Source: Zootoca vivipara (lineage: Eukaryota). Taken from it: 64,000 nt of DNA. The stretch lies in NCBI RefSeq assembly GCF_963506605.1, contig NC_083277.1:9238001-9302000 (forward strand), read 5' to 3'. Below, in pieces: positions 25,232 to 38,673 of this stretch. The position numbers and the translations under genes are program-made. The first letter of the stretch is position 1. Every line of letters begins with the position of its first letter. The notes under the pieces are model-generated. The model saw only the letters and a program-made list of their open reading frames with translations. It searched no databases and was not told the DNA's origin.

Positions 25232-26240
25232 TTTTTTTAAAAAAGATTTATTTATACCATCAATACATTCAATACAGTTCCATTTCTACAATTTCACCAA
25301 CATCAAAAAGAAAAATAATGAAGATAACAGAAAAGGAAAAGTACATTACAATTCATTACATCTTTTCCCCCTCTCAATTTCCTGTCACCCTTTCCACTTT
25401 CCTTCCCCTCCCCTCCCCCCCTCGACTTCCCCCCATCGCTTTTCCAACTTCTGTTGTATCTTTGTTACCATTTGTGCATTCTGTATTCTGTACAATTCTA
25501 TATTCAATTTATTTCTAATTCTGTTTCTATATTATTTTCCTTCATATCTCCTATTCTAAGCATGTTAGCATATCATCCTTTGAGTAATGTTTCTTCATAT
25601 AATCCTCATACATTTCCATTTGTTTTTCAATTTTAGTTTTGACTGATTTCTTACCGCTGCTGTTAACTTTGCCATTACCAAATATTCACTAAATATAGAA
25701 ATCCAATCCTCCATTGTTGGTACCTTTGATGATTTCCAATTAATTGCAATTACCATCCTTGCTGCTATGCTGGCGTATAAAAAGACTTTTTTTATTTCCT
25801 TTCAGTATTTCTTCATTAATCAAGCCTAACAAATACATCTCTGCATTTTTTATTATTGATTTTTTCATCATTTTCTTGATTTCCTCATGAACAACTATCC
25901 AAAATTTTGAAATTTCTTCACATGTCCACCACATGTGTAGAAATGTTCCTGGTTCTTTATTACACCTCCAGTAGAGGTTGGTTTTTAATTTATATATCTT
26001 TGCCAATTTCATGGGTGTTAGGTACCATCTATAAAATATTTTTAGAAAATTTTCCTTTATATTATTAGAGGCTGTAAATTTTATATCTTCTCCCCATAAT
26101 TTATCCCATTGCTCCGTGTAAATTGTACGGTTGAGATCTTTAGACCACTTTAACATCACCTCTTTTGTTCCTTCCTCCATCAAATCCCAATCTAATAATA
26201 GGTTATATGTTTTAGATAATAATTTCTTATTATTTTGTCA
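25232..26240 (-). mobile_element. L1-clade LINE 3' fragment
   Basis: KIFYRWYLTP...RC...GTFLHMWWTC ORF2 C-terminal motif; G-rich 3' UTR; A-tail. Confidence 0.8.
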
Positions 26241-26805
26241 AATCACATTTTAATAAAACAACAGGAGACGTGAATAAAGAAGATATCCTTGGATCCCCAC
26301 GTATAATTTTATTGAAATCCAAATCAAATACAAAGAACAAGACACCCACACTCTGAAACAAAGATATATTTGCAGATTGGCTGCAGGAGCTTCCTGCAGC
26401 CAATCAGAAGCTGCGCTTTGGAAATCAAACGGACTTCTGGAACGGATTCTGTTCGACTTCCAAGGTATGACTGTACTGATATATCACAATGTCTGAAATG
26501 AGGATGGTCACGGTTTTCCCCACACTGCAATTTTTGCATAGCGCGCGCGCGGACACACACACACGTATCATGATTCGCAATACATTGCCAAGTCAAAAAC
26601 TATGAAATGGATAAGACAATATCAAATTCAAACCAGTTTCAAGCGATATTCGATAAAGCGCCCAGCCCTACAGCGTGTGCAGAATTCGGCAAGCAGCAAG
26701 ATTGGGTTGGAGGGAACACCTCCTACCAGAACCGTGGGCCAGACTCATCAAATGTCTTTTGATAAAGCCCCTAACTCTGAATCCAATAACAGAAAGGGTC
26801 CTTAC

Positions 26806-26932
26806 CCTCCATGGTAACATCCAAGTCCTCCTCTTGTTTGATCTCCTTCAGGGCTGGCGTCTGGCACAAGTCGAGGGGTTCCGCTTCTGCTGTAGGAAGA
26901 CAATCTGGCTTATCCCTGGGTGACCTCATTAC
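26806..26932 (-). CDS. Gene C linker exon (127 bp, degenerate KRAB-A-like)
   Basis: tttcag|GTA...GAG G|gtaag; phase 0 to 1; VMRSPRDKPDCLPTAEAEPLDLCQTPALKEIKQEEDLDVTME. Confidence 0.8.
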
Positions 26933-27608
26933 CTGAAACAGCATTGAGAAACAGCATTTCATTCACAGGTGCATATATATTTAGTTAAGGGAAAAGGCAA
27001 GTTAGGCAGGGGAACGTAACAGAGGAGCGGAGAAGGCAGGCAAGAGAAATGTTTTTCTCCCTGTGTCTTGTACCACTAGAACTCGTGGGCTTCCTCCTAG
27101 ATCAGTGGTTTTCAAACTTTTTTCTTTGGGCCACACTTTCAGAATAAAAATTTGCTCACACCCCGCACCACATTTTTTGTTGATAAGAAATACCGGTACA
27201 TTGGAAAACATTGCTAGGATTGTCCTCAGTATCACCTGATGCTCTGGCTCTCATTTTGAACAGATACCTATGCATATTCTGCAAATAATATATATACATG
27301 AGAAGAGCTTGATGGAACAGGCCAGTGACCCATCTAGCCCAGCATCCTGTTCTCATAGGGGCCAACCAGCTGCCTGGGGGGAACCCACAAGCAGGATCTG
27401 AGCACAAGAGCCCTTTCCCCCCTTCTGTTTCTAGCAACTGGTGTTCTGAAGCATTACTGCCTTCCGCTCTGGCGGTCGAGCACAGCCATCATAAGCCCTC
27501 CCCTCAATGAATGTGTCTAGTCCTCTTTTAAAGCCATCTAGGTTGGTGGCTATTGCTGCTTCTTGTGGCAGCGAGTTCCACAGTTTAACTATGCATGAAG
27601 GGCTTTCT

Positions 27609-27610
<2 letters not shown>

Positions 27611-27652
<42 letters not shown>

Positions 27653-28288
27653 TTATTATTTATACCCCGCCCATCTGGCTGAGTCTCCCCAGCCACTCTG
27701 GGCGGCTCCCAATCAAATATTGAAACAATACAGCATTTTTAAATAACTTTGGACAAAGGGTAAAAAGCACAGGTGTGTGTGTGTGTGACTGGGTTTGCAA
27801 AAGGACGACCCCCCAAAAAAAATTCCTGGGGAAGTGGAACAGGTATGAGTGAATTATTCTTGCTTTATTTCTCTTCTCCCCATTTTCACCCGATACATTT
27901 AGCTGGTTGGGTTTTTTTTAACAAACAAAATTTTCTTGGGTTTACTTTTCTTTTCTTTCTCCCAGGATGTCTGGTTTGAGGGGAAATGTTCAGAAATCTA
28001 CTGGCTGGCAGCTTTAACCAGCAGTGTGTTTAAAAATAAATAAATACATTATATTGTAAAAAAAAAAAAAACCCATACAGCATTAAATATTAAAAGCTTC
28101 CCTAAACAGGGCTGCCTTCAGATGTCTTTTAAAATTAGGATAGCTGCTTATTGCCTTGACATCTGCTGGGAGGGCGTTCCACAGGGCGGGTGCTGCTACC
28201 AAGAAGGCCCTCTGCCTGGTTCCCTGTAACCTCATTTCTCGCAATGAGGGAACTGCCAGAAGGCCCTCGGCCCTGGATCTCAGTGTCT
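27611..28288 (-). mobile_element. L2 3' fragment split by a ~337 bp poly(A)-tailed insert
   Basis: L2 homology resumes after a duplicated ATACAGCATT. Confidence 0.75.
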
Positions 28289-28627
28289 GTTAGGAAACTT
28301 CCAACATTCAGCCCATTAGTTTTGGCATTAGGAGAGGGCAGGAAACTCTGCCACTGAGCTCTGGCCCTTCCATCTTGATGAGTGACCTGAGGTTTTGCTA
28401 ATCCTGCACAGAGAAGGACAGAGCCTTTACTCAGTGTTCTTGTGCCCCAAAAGTGGCTTACAGTTAAATAATCCCTGGACTACAACTCCCATCATCCAAT
28501 GCCTATTGGTCACACTGGCTGCGGCTGATGGGAGTTGAAGTCTGGCAAATATCTGGTTTCCCATCCCCGGAATAAACAAAATAAAGCAAGGCTGAACAAA
28601 AACCACTCAGTTATCAAACACAGCTAC

Positions 28628-29365
28628 CTCCTTCTTTTCTTCCTCCTCATCCTGCTGCTGCCGCATCAGGATATCTTCCACCAAGGCCACCGCCTGGGAG
28701 CAAGTCTCTGGGTCCCAGGCCCTAATCCTGCTCTGGATTTCTTTCGGGAGGAGGGCCAGGAACTGCTCCAAGACCACCAGCTCTACAATCTCCTCTTTGG
28801 TACGCCTTTCAGGCTTCAGCCACTGGTGGCAAAGTTCGCGGAGCCTCCGGCACACATCCTGCGGCCCCTCCGCTTCGCGGCAGGAGAAATGTCTGAAGCG
28901 CAGCCGCAGAGTATCCTCGGTGACCGTCTCCCCCTCTGGGGCCTCTTCCTTCACTTTCCCGTCGCCTGCCCCATCTTGGGGCAGCAGGGCTTTGTGCGAC
29001 TCCTCCAAGTAGAGGCCTGGCGGGAGTTTGGTGGCCCTTTGTCCTCTAGCTGCGCCCCTAACGCAATTGTCCTGCGGGGCGGGCCGTGGCGGTTGAGAGC
29101 AGCCCCCGTCCAAATGAGGCGACTCGAGCGCCTTCACAAAGCCCTGAAGTCGAGCTTCCCAGCTCCGCTGCACCTCTTCATTGCCTTCCCGGTTTGCCTG
29201 TGGCGGAACGTTTCTTTCCCAGAATCCTCTAGTGCCCCCTTCCTGGATCTCAAGAACCAGACTCTGCTCCGTTTCTGGGTCCGGCTCCTCAACCTTAATT
29301 GTAGTCCAGGGGGCAGACTTTAACTTTACACCCAGTGTCGATACATCGCCCCACTCTACTGCCAT
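28628..29365 (-). CDS. Gene C SCAN-domain exon
   Basis: RFRHFSCREAEGPQDVCRRLRELCHQWLKPERRTKEEIVELVVLEQFLALLP; strong Kozak AAAATGG; donor GAG|gtagct. Confidence 0.9.
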
Positions 29366-30799
29366 TTTCCACTGCCGCCTGACCTGCAGTGGCCAGTTGT
29401 TTTCAGAGAAGTCCACGGGCAGAGAAGGTGACTTATACAGGCAGAATTTAGGAATCTGGGTTAAGGAAAAGAGGCTTCTCCCTAATGGAAGGGAAAGGCA
29501 ATTAAGACACATTAGACAAAACCTGCAACCTCGGGCCCCATCTGAACCAAACACTTAAGGCAGTATAGGAAGAATCCTGGGAAGTGGTTTGTTAATGGAG
29601 CTAAGCATTGTTATGAGAAACCCTATCCCCTTCATGGATCTACAATTCCCAGAATGTCTTACTGATCAATCCCTCTTCCCAAAGAATGCTTGACAATGGA
29701 GGGAGAACATTGCCATTGTGGCTAGGAGACATCAATGGTCTTATCCTCTATTAATTTACCTGATCTTTTTTTAAAGGTATCTGTATGTCAGCGGCCATCA
29801 CTACACCTTATAAGGAAGGAAGGTTTTCTCTTTTCTCATTGCTAAAAGTCAATTCAAGATCCCTTTTAAAAGCTGGAGAAGCCAGAACTTGCAGGGCCAG
29901 CTACACTGCCTGGCATTACTTTTTCTACACAGCTGTGAAAAGTGCTGGAGCCCCAGCTGAACTTCTTCCTTCTACACAACCATTAAAGGTGCAGGAGCCC
30001 TGAAAGCTACACTTGCTGAACTTCTAAGCAACTATACACAGCTATGATTGGGTGTTATCAGCATAGTGAAGGTATTCTGCTCCAGAATACTGCTGTAAAG
30101 TTGACTTGCATTTTAACACATCACTTTATTTTACAATGCATCAATCAATAAACTGCTAATTTATTGATAGTTTGTTAGATCAACTTGTTTTTAAATCTGA
30201 CTTTTATTGATACTTTTTAATATCTATTTTATCTAAAGTAAAGGTGCCTGGCAGTTTTTAAGATGTAAGCAGTTTACAAATCCCATTAATTAACAGCTGT
30301 CTTCTATGCAAGTATGCAGAGCTATGATCAGTTTTATCAGAACAGTGATGGTATTTTGCAAAGCCGACTTGTATCTTAGCATATAATTGTATTTTACTGT
30401 GTTGATTTATATATATATATATTGCATTTTAAAAGATCAACCTTTTTTTAAAAAAACAACAACAACAAACTGACTTTTACCAGTACTTTTTAAATGTACG
30501 TTTTATTTTAAGTGAGTTGCTTGGGATTATATATATTTTTTAAAAGATTTAAGGAGTTTACAAATCCCATTAAAGAAAGATAAAATATGTTGAAGGTGCA
30601 CCTGCTGCTGCTGCTGCTGCACCTCCTCCTCCTGTACTATGATTCAGAGTGCAGGAGCCCTGGCAGCTGCACCTGTTGAACTCCCTCCTTCTGCACAAGG
30701 AGCCTTGCGAGCTGCACCTGCTGAACAACCATTAAAATTCCCCCTGCAGCAACCATTCCAAGTGCAGGACTCCTGCCCTCTTCCTGCACCTGGGCACCC

Positions 30800-31150
30800 T
30801 AGTATCCTAAGGGGCGCGGGGGGCTTTGAGACCCTTCCCTTCTCCACGGAAGGGGGTCGCGGCCAAGGACTGAACTCAGCAGCACCTGTTTGCAGAAGAC
30901 CAGCCCGGAGCCGCCTCCCTCCTCCGCCCTTCTCCGCTCCTCTGAACCCGCCGGGAAGAGGCTCCCGGTGTCCGCCAAAGTCCGCCTCCCCACGATGGGC
31001 GGGCCAGGAAGTCCCGCCTCCGCCGCCTCCTTCTCCCCCGCATGTGGAGGTCCCGGGAGCGGGAGGACTGTCCGCTCTAGCACTCCGAACTCGCTGCGCT
31101 TAACCCTGAGAGAGCCGCTCCGAAGCAGGGCGGAGCTGCCTTCTGCCTCC
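30800..31150. promoter_or_regulatory. CpG island, probable promoter of gene C and possibly of divergent gene D
   Basis: GC/CpG-rich with GC boxes; lies between the 5' ends of genes C (-) and D (+). Confidence 0.7.
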
Positions 31151-32128
31151 CCTCTGTGTGTTAGTGTGCTTGTGCCTGAGAAGGTGTGTTGTGTGTTTGT
31201 GTGCTGTGTTGTGCAGCAGGAGGAAGAGAGCTTGTTGGTTTCACGATAAAGCTCAACCTGCACGGAAATGAAGAAAGTTCTCCTTTGCTGCTGCTGCTGT
31301 ATCATTATCATTATCATCATCGTCGTCGTTATTATCATCATTATTATTATTATCATCATCATCATTATCAAGGCCAAACCAGATGCCTTTTCTGGGGACC
31401 ATAGAATAGTAGTCTTGGAAGATACCCCAAGGGTCATCTAGTCCAACCCCCTGCAATGCAGGAATCTCAGCTAAAGCACCCATGACAGATGGCCATCCAA
31501 CCTCTGCTTAATCACCTCCAAGGAAGGAGAGTCCACAACCTCCCAAGGGAGTCCATTCCACTATCAAGCAGCTCTCACAATCAGAAAGCTCTTCCTGGTG
31601 TTTAGTCCGAATCTCCTTTCTTGTAACCTGAAGCTGTTGGTTCGGCTCTCACCCTGCGAAGCAGGATAAAACTTTCTGACTGTGGAACGGATTCCCTCAG
31701 AAGGTGGCGGACTTAAATTTTTTAAACAGAGGGCCATCTGTTAGGGATGCATTAGTTGTGATTCCTGCACTATTTTTTTATTTTTGGTAGGGGTTCAACT
31801 AGATGACCTCTGGGCATCCCTTCCAAGTCTACGATTCTACAATTCTGTAAGGCAGCTTTTGAATTTCTTCACTCGGAGTGTAAAAAGCAAAGAGTCCCTC
31901 TAACTGGAGGTGGAAAACATTACACACCTGTATCCTCCACCCTGGCTTGTGAAACTTTCCGGGGTCACTACAGTCTCCCTCGGAAGGTTGTGGCCTCTCC
32001 TTCCTTGGAAGCTTTTAAGCAGAGGCCCTCTGTCATGGATGCTTTAGCTGAGATTCCTGCAGTGCAGGGGGTTGGGCTAGATGACCCTAGGGATCCCTTC
32101 CAACTTTAGGATTCTTTAATACCTCATG

Positions 32129-32147
32129 CGGCCACCAGGGGGCCCCG
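32129..32147 (+). promoter_or_regulatory. CTCF-like site
   Basis: CGGCCACCAGGGGGCCCC closely matches the CTCF core CCACCAGGGGGC. Confidence 0.5.
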
Positions 32148-32648
32148 GAGGTTGCGCTGGGAAAGACAGGAAAGGGGATCCCGTCCTGCCTTAAATGATC
32201 GACTCTGCAAGGGGCTGCCTGGGCTTCCCATGCATTTTATTTTGCACGGCTTGGGGGGAGCGGCTGTCTCCGTGGGGGAGCCTTGCTGCAGCCCGGGTAA
32301 GTTTCACAAAATGCAACTAAAGGGTGTGCATTTTGGGGTGTGGGTAGGTGGGTGTATCTGGGATCCGGCTTGCAAAAAAGGGGAGGATGCCAGCAATGTG
32401 GCCTGTTTATTTCTGTGTCCAGTAGAGCACAGTAGAGGTAAGATCTGAGGCCCTGAAATTGGATACAAGAAGCTCTATGTCCTTGTTGCCATTTTTAATC
32501 TCCATGGGTCTGTGGAGGGAAGGAACTCACAAGCAAACTGATCTGCGGGTGCATTGATATTAATTTTAATTTTTATCTACTCAGGGCTACGTTCCTAAGG
32601 AATAGGAGCCCTTTTCTTTTTAATAAATGCCAATCCACTCGGGATTAT

Positions 32649-32686
<38 letters not shown>

Positions 32687-33762
32687 TAGATAGGTAGCCA
32701 ATTTACTTCAGATTTATTGTATTTTTTATTGCCAGAGGCAGATGTTCAATAGGGTGAAAAAGAAATCAAGAAACCAGGCTGCATGGAACTGTCTGGGGTC
32801 TGCTGCATTTGGGAACAAAGGCTATCAGGAAACACAAAGGCATGAAAAGGCTGTCAGAGAGATCCCATGAGAAAACATTTGTCATATATTGCCTCTGATG
32901 TCTTCTGCACCTGGGGGAGAGATCCACTCTGAGAGAGTTTTTTGATTCAGACCGTTCTAAATAAATATAAATAGATATGTCTTCCAGGCACATTTCTTTC
33001 TTACAGAGATGGGGGTGACCCCTGCCCCCCCCCAGAGGTTGTGGGGCTCCCAACTCCCATCAGCCCCTAGCCCCCTTGTCAGTTTTTCAGGACTGGAGTT
33101 GTCAAGCAGGCGCCCAAAGTGTTGTTTCTGTTGTTGATATGGTTATGATTAGTTTCAGTTACATGCCTAGTAAGTTACCCCATTTCCTCTCCTCAGTTTT
33201 TGATCACAGTATGTTAAAGCCCAGTGTATGTTGTGGATTAAAACAGGCCTGGCTAAACTCTGCCTGGTGTTGGACTTCAACTCCCACCAGCCCCTGCAGC
33301 CAGTATGGCCAGCAGCAGGGGTTGATGGGAGTTGGAGTCCAGCACCACCTGGAGGGCCACACAGACTCCCTCATCCACATAGCTGCCAAGTTATCCCTTT
33401 TTTTCAGGGATTTTCCATTATGCTGAATAGGCTTCCTCGCGAGAAAAGGGAAAATTTGGCAGCTATGCATCCATGGTCTAGGAGCAACACTTCCGCTTTG
33501 GGTTCAAGAGGGCCCAGGGCTTCCAACTTCATGAATGGGAAGGAGACTGCTGAGTCTTAATCAGCAAAACCAGTTGCATATTATTATTATTAATTAATAA
33601 ATAATGCAATTTGTATACTGCCCTCCATCCAGAGATATCAGGGCAGTTCACAGCATAGAGGCCTGTAGTAGGAATGCCAGCCTTGTAGCCTGACTCCTGA
33701 GTCCTGGCTGGTTTGTGTCTTTCTGTTCCTACATGGAGTTCAGGGGCAGAGCAACTGCTTCC

Positions 33763-33814
<52 letters not shown>

Positions 33815-33819
<5 letters not shown>

Positions 33820-34190
33820 TTTCATTTGTTTATTTTGCTTTCAGATCAAAGTTTTACAGTCACATATCCAATTTACAGCATAAAAACAAGATTCCAAAGA
33901 ATCTCCCAGACTTCCCTCCTCCTCTTTGTGGGTCCTATTGTTAGCCATTTCCTCCTGCATCTTTTATGATAGTCCAAATCTTTTACATCTCCATTATGTC
34001 CAAAATTCAACATTAAACTACAAGTGTTATTCCAGTCCTACTAACAGTTCTAACGGTTTACAATGGTTTTTAAGATAAATTATAATTCCCCCCCCCCCCA
34101 TCTCTTATTAAAATTCTGATCTTCCTGATTTCTGATTCTTCCGGTCATTTTTGCCAATTTGGCATAATCCACCAACTTAATCTGCCAATC
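33815..34190 (-). mobile_element. L1-clade LINE 3' fragment
   Basis: Purine-rich 3' UTR and degraded ORF2 end (WQIKLVDYAKLAKMT). Confidence 0.55.
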
Positions 34191-34569
34191 TCTGGCATCT
34201 CCCCTTAAATCAGGGACAGGGAACCTGTGACCCTCCAGAAGTTGCTGGACTCCAAATCCCATCAGCCACTGTAGCCAACGGTGAGGGATGGTGGGAGTTG
34301 TAGTCTAATATGGTGGCAGATTCCAAAGTGCAGGGTCCCTTCATGAGTGCCGTAGCTACTCCCCCTTACAGCCACTCTCCTCCTAAAATGATACGACCTT
34401 CATATACAGTAATTGTTTAATTATATGAACCACCCTGAGATCTATGGGTATCGGGCAGTATACAAACTCTGGAGAGCAAAAATATCTGAGCTTTCTGTAG
34501 CCCATGATTTCCCAAGACTTCAGAAAAGAAGCCCATCCTAAATATCACTTTCTTCATCTTTCACATACA

Positions 34570-34958
34570 TTTGTTGTTGTTGTTTAGTCGTTTAGTCGTG
34601 TCCGACTCTTCGTGACCCCATGGACGAGAGCACGCCAGGCACTCCTGTCTTGCACTGCCTCCCGCAGTTTGGTCAAACTCATGTTCGTAGCTTCGAGAAC
34701 ACTGTCCAACCATCTCGTCCTCTGTCATCCCCTTCTCCTTGTGCCCTCCATCTTTCCCAACATCAGGGTCTTTTCCAAGGATTATTCTCTTCTCATGAGG
34801 TGGCCAAAGTATTGGAGCCTCAGCTTCACGATCTGTCCTTCCAGGGAGCACTCAGGGCTGATTTCCTTAAGAATGGATAGGTTTGATCTTCTTGCAGTCC
34901 ATGGGACTCTCAAGAGTCTCCTCCAGCACCATAATTCAAAAGCATCAATTCTTCGGCG
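34570..34958 (-). mobile_element. BovB (RTE) LINE 3' fragment
   Basis: Reverse complement of the 63537-63795 family; (CAA)n tail. Confidence 0.9.
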
Positions 34959-35003
34959 AAGAATTTATTATTATTAAAAAAAATAATACAAATTTTAATA
35001 ATG

Positions 35004-35042
<39 letters not shown>

Positions 35043-35685
35043 GCACTGTAACAGTTGAAGCCGCTCTCTCTGTGTTTTGCCTTTTGGCTAGATCTGCTAT
35101 TTTACCTGTGCACATACTTGGGCAGATGGTTGGGAACGCTCCCATATAGAATCATTGTAGAGTTGGAATGGACTCCCACGTGGTCATCTAGACTAACCCC
35201 CTGCAAAGCAGGGATCTCAAGCATCTGTGGCAGATGGCCCTCCAACCTCTGCTTTAAAAAAAAAACCTCTGAGGAAGGAGAGTCCGCCACCTTCTTTCAG
35301 AGTGACTTAAATTGTGTGTTCTGTGAAGTCCCATTGTACATAAAAGAACTTGTAGCTTCTCTCGAACCCAAAGCTCCTTGTCTTTTCAGTCTTTGGAGCA
35401 GGCAGGGGCTAAAGTTGCATTCTGGGGTCTCCCTTTGACGTTTCTTTATACAGGGGCGGCCACCGTAAGGTCACTAACAGGCTGCCCTGGTCAGTTGGCG
35501 TGTTCTCCTGGATTTCTAGATATTGCCATTTCTCATGTCAGAGTTGTTGTGTCCTTGTCCTCTTCTTTCGTGTAGGGACTGGCCTTGTTTTACGCAGAGG
35601 CAAATGACAACACAAGCCGGCTTCACTGGAATGTTTGTGAGCCAAGATTCTCAGCATATTTCTCTTTGCCCAAAGACACTGCAAG

Positions 35686-35707
35686 ATGGCGCTGGACTCC
35701 AAAACAG
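35686..35707 (+). CDS. Gene D start-codon exon (MALDSKT; exon about 35576-35707)
   Basis: AAGATGG Kozak context, donor CAG|gtaaga, phase 1 matching acceptor 37142, in-frame stop upstream. Confidence 0.6.
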
Positions 35708-35892
35708 GTAAGACTCTGGCTGTGACAAGGATGGGGGATCTTTATCACCTCAAGGGCCACATTCCCTTGCAGCGGCTACATCCCAGTGGTGGGTGAAGCA
35801 TATAATACCCTGCATTCGAGCCGAAGAATTTATCTGAATGGCACCAAGTGAACTAATAATTCACCTTAGTTGGTCTCTGAGCTACTGGACAT

Positions 35893-35943
<51 letters not shown>

Positions 35944-36199
35944 TATATATATTGCGTCAGACCAACACGGCTACCTACCTGAATCTAATAATTTACCATT
36001 GACTGAAACAAGGATGCGAAGCCTGCATTTTCCTTCAGATATTTTGGTTGGACTACAACTCTGATTATTCCTCTCCGCTGGCTATGTTGGCCTGAGCCAG
36101 TGGGAGTTGTAGTCTAGCAGTTTGTGGAGAGCCACAGATTCCTTCTCATTCCTACTGGAATGGGAAACAATTCAAGCTTTGGAATGCAACTTAATAATA

Positions 36200-36600
36200 G
36201 TTGTCTTTTTCTTCTTTGGCAATCGCTCTTAGCCGAGCAAGATTGTCTTTAATGAACACAGTCTTAACGGTGTGTCCAAAAGTGACTGTAGAGGCCAATT
36301 CTGGATCCACACCTTATTCTTGCCTTCCTCTTAGCATGTTTCTGCCTTTCTTCCTGAGTTTGAGCATCTTCAAAGCCCACGACACCTTTGGTAAAGGCTC
36401 TTCTCCAATTGGAGCACTCGCAGGACAGTGTTTCCCAGTTGTCAGTGTTTATACTACTCTACATATTTTTAGATTTGCCTTGGGAGAGTCTTTAAACTGC
36501 TTTTGTTGACCACCAGCATTACGCTTTCCATTTTTAAGTTTGGAATAGAGTAGCTGCTTTGGAAGACGATAATCCAAACAGCATGACCAGTCCAACCAAG
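36200..36600 (-). mobile_element. Second RTE-clade LINE fragment
   Basis: Homologous to 59424-60320; degenerate GGQQK..K motif. Confidence 0.7.
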
Positions 36601-37141
36601 TTGTTGTTTTTGTATATAAAACAAATAAAAAATGTCCCAGGACCTAATGCAATAAATATATTTTTTGTCTACAAAAAATTTGTTGTTCCCAAAAAAATTT
36701 TAAAAACACTTCTGTAAGGCAATTCCTTTGATTTGATCAATTTCTCTTGCTGGTAAAAGGATGCAAGCATTTGGATTTCACAGATTAGTTTCATCGGGAT
36801 GAAGAGATTGGCAATTTAAATTTTCAGCTAAATGAACAATAAAGGGTGCTATTACTACTACTACTACTACTAATAATAATAATAATAATAATACAGTAAT
36901 AAAATTTGGATACTGCCCTATACCTGTAGATCTCAGTTAACCTATGGAACTCTCTGCCACAGGAATGGCCACCAAACTGGATAGCTTTGAGAGGATTAGA
37001 CAAATTCACGAAATATATAGCTTTTGATAACAACTAGCTCTGCTATACCTATTTCACAGGTAGAAATGCTTCTGAATACCAGAAACCACAAGTGGGGAGA
37101 ATGCTCTTGTACTCATTTTTTTAAAAAAAATCTTGTCGTAG

Positions 37142-38673
37142 GTTGTGCTTCCATGACTGAGAGTGAGGAGATTTCTTTACACCTCGAGCTCTCCGGACCC
37201 GGAGCCTTACCTGACAGAACCAAAGAGAGCATTTCCACATCTCATGTGCAGGAAGAAGCATCTGTAGATCTCGCAGGTAACCCCATGGATCAGAGGAGGA
37301 GTGTATCCCAAGAGGGACTCTCGGCAGATGTCGGTGAATCGGAAAATGTGCAGGCACTTGGGAAGGCTGGCAGACGCAAGCTGCGCATCGGGGAAAGTGC
37401 AGAGCCTGTCTCCCATCGCCTTAGACGTCAAAGAATCTACAAAGCAGAGAAAACCCGCAGTTGCACGCACTGCGGGAAGCACTTTGGCTGGAGAGTGAAC
37501 CTATTGGGAGAGAAAACCCAGGCAAGAGTGACATGCTCAAGCTGCGGGGAGCTGATGAGTCAGAGCACGCAGCTCCCAGTGACCAGGAAAATGCGTAAGA
37601 GGGAGAAAGCGCATCAATGCACTGCCTGCAAGCAGGTCTTTGCGGGGAGCTCAGAACTGGCTGTGCATAAGAAAGTCCACAAAGCAGAAAAGCCGTACAA
37701 GTGCCTGGATTGCGAGAAGCGTTTTTGCTCCAAGGCAAACATGCTCAGGCACCACCAAATCCATACCGGACAGAAACCGCATCAGTGCTTAGTTTGCGGG
37801 AACACCTTCCGGCAGCAGGAGCAGCTGATTGCGCACGAGAGAACACACACAGGCGAGACACCCTTCCACTGTGTGGTGTGCGGGAAAGACTTCAACAGGA
37901 AGTCGGTCTTCCTGACACATCAGAGAATCCACACGGGCGAGAGGCCATACAAATGCTCCTTCTGCAACAAGCGGTTCATACGCAGGGCCTACCATGCTAT
38001 CCACGAGAGAATCCACGCCCGGGAGAAGCGGTACAAGTGCTCCGAATGCGGGCAGAGCTTTAACTGGAATTCGGAGTTCATCGAGCACTTGAGGACCCAC
38101 ACGGGAGGGAAGCCCTACAAGTGCCTAGGCTGCGAGAAGCGTTTTGGCTGGCACTCGGACCTTATCAGACACCAGAGAATCCACACGGGCGAACGGCCCT
38201 ACAAGTGCGCCCACTGCCGGAGGGGCTTCGTCCAGAGGGCGCAGCTCCTCTTGCACGAGAGGACCCACACCGGGGAGAGACCCTACAAGTGCTCCTACTG
38301 TGGGAAAAGCTTCAGCCGAAGCTCGGTCCTCATCAGGCACCTCCTACTGCACACCGGGGAGAAGCCATACAACTGCCTGGACTGCGGGAAGAGCTTCTGC
38401 GAGAGGGCCCAGCTCGTTTCCCACGAGGTGACGCACGCCGAGGAGAAGCCCTACAAGTGCGCGGACTGCGGGAAAAGCTTCAGCTGGAAGTCGGCCTTCA
38501 CTCGGCACCGAAGGATCCACACGGGAGAGAAACCCCACAAGTGTCCCGATTGTGGGAAGAGCTTCATTCGAACCACCCACCTTGCCACCCACCTAAGAAC
38601 CCACGGGCGGGAGACAGACAGTGATGCTTTAATCGGGGAGGACATTTTAAATGAAGGTGGTGGCTTAGTGTAG
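37142..38673 (+). CDS. Gene D zinc-finger exon: 12 intact and 2 degenerate fingers (~517 aa protein)
   Basis: C2H2 array in ORF 37024-38673; acceptor gtcgtag|GT. Confidence 0.92.
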
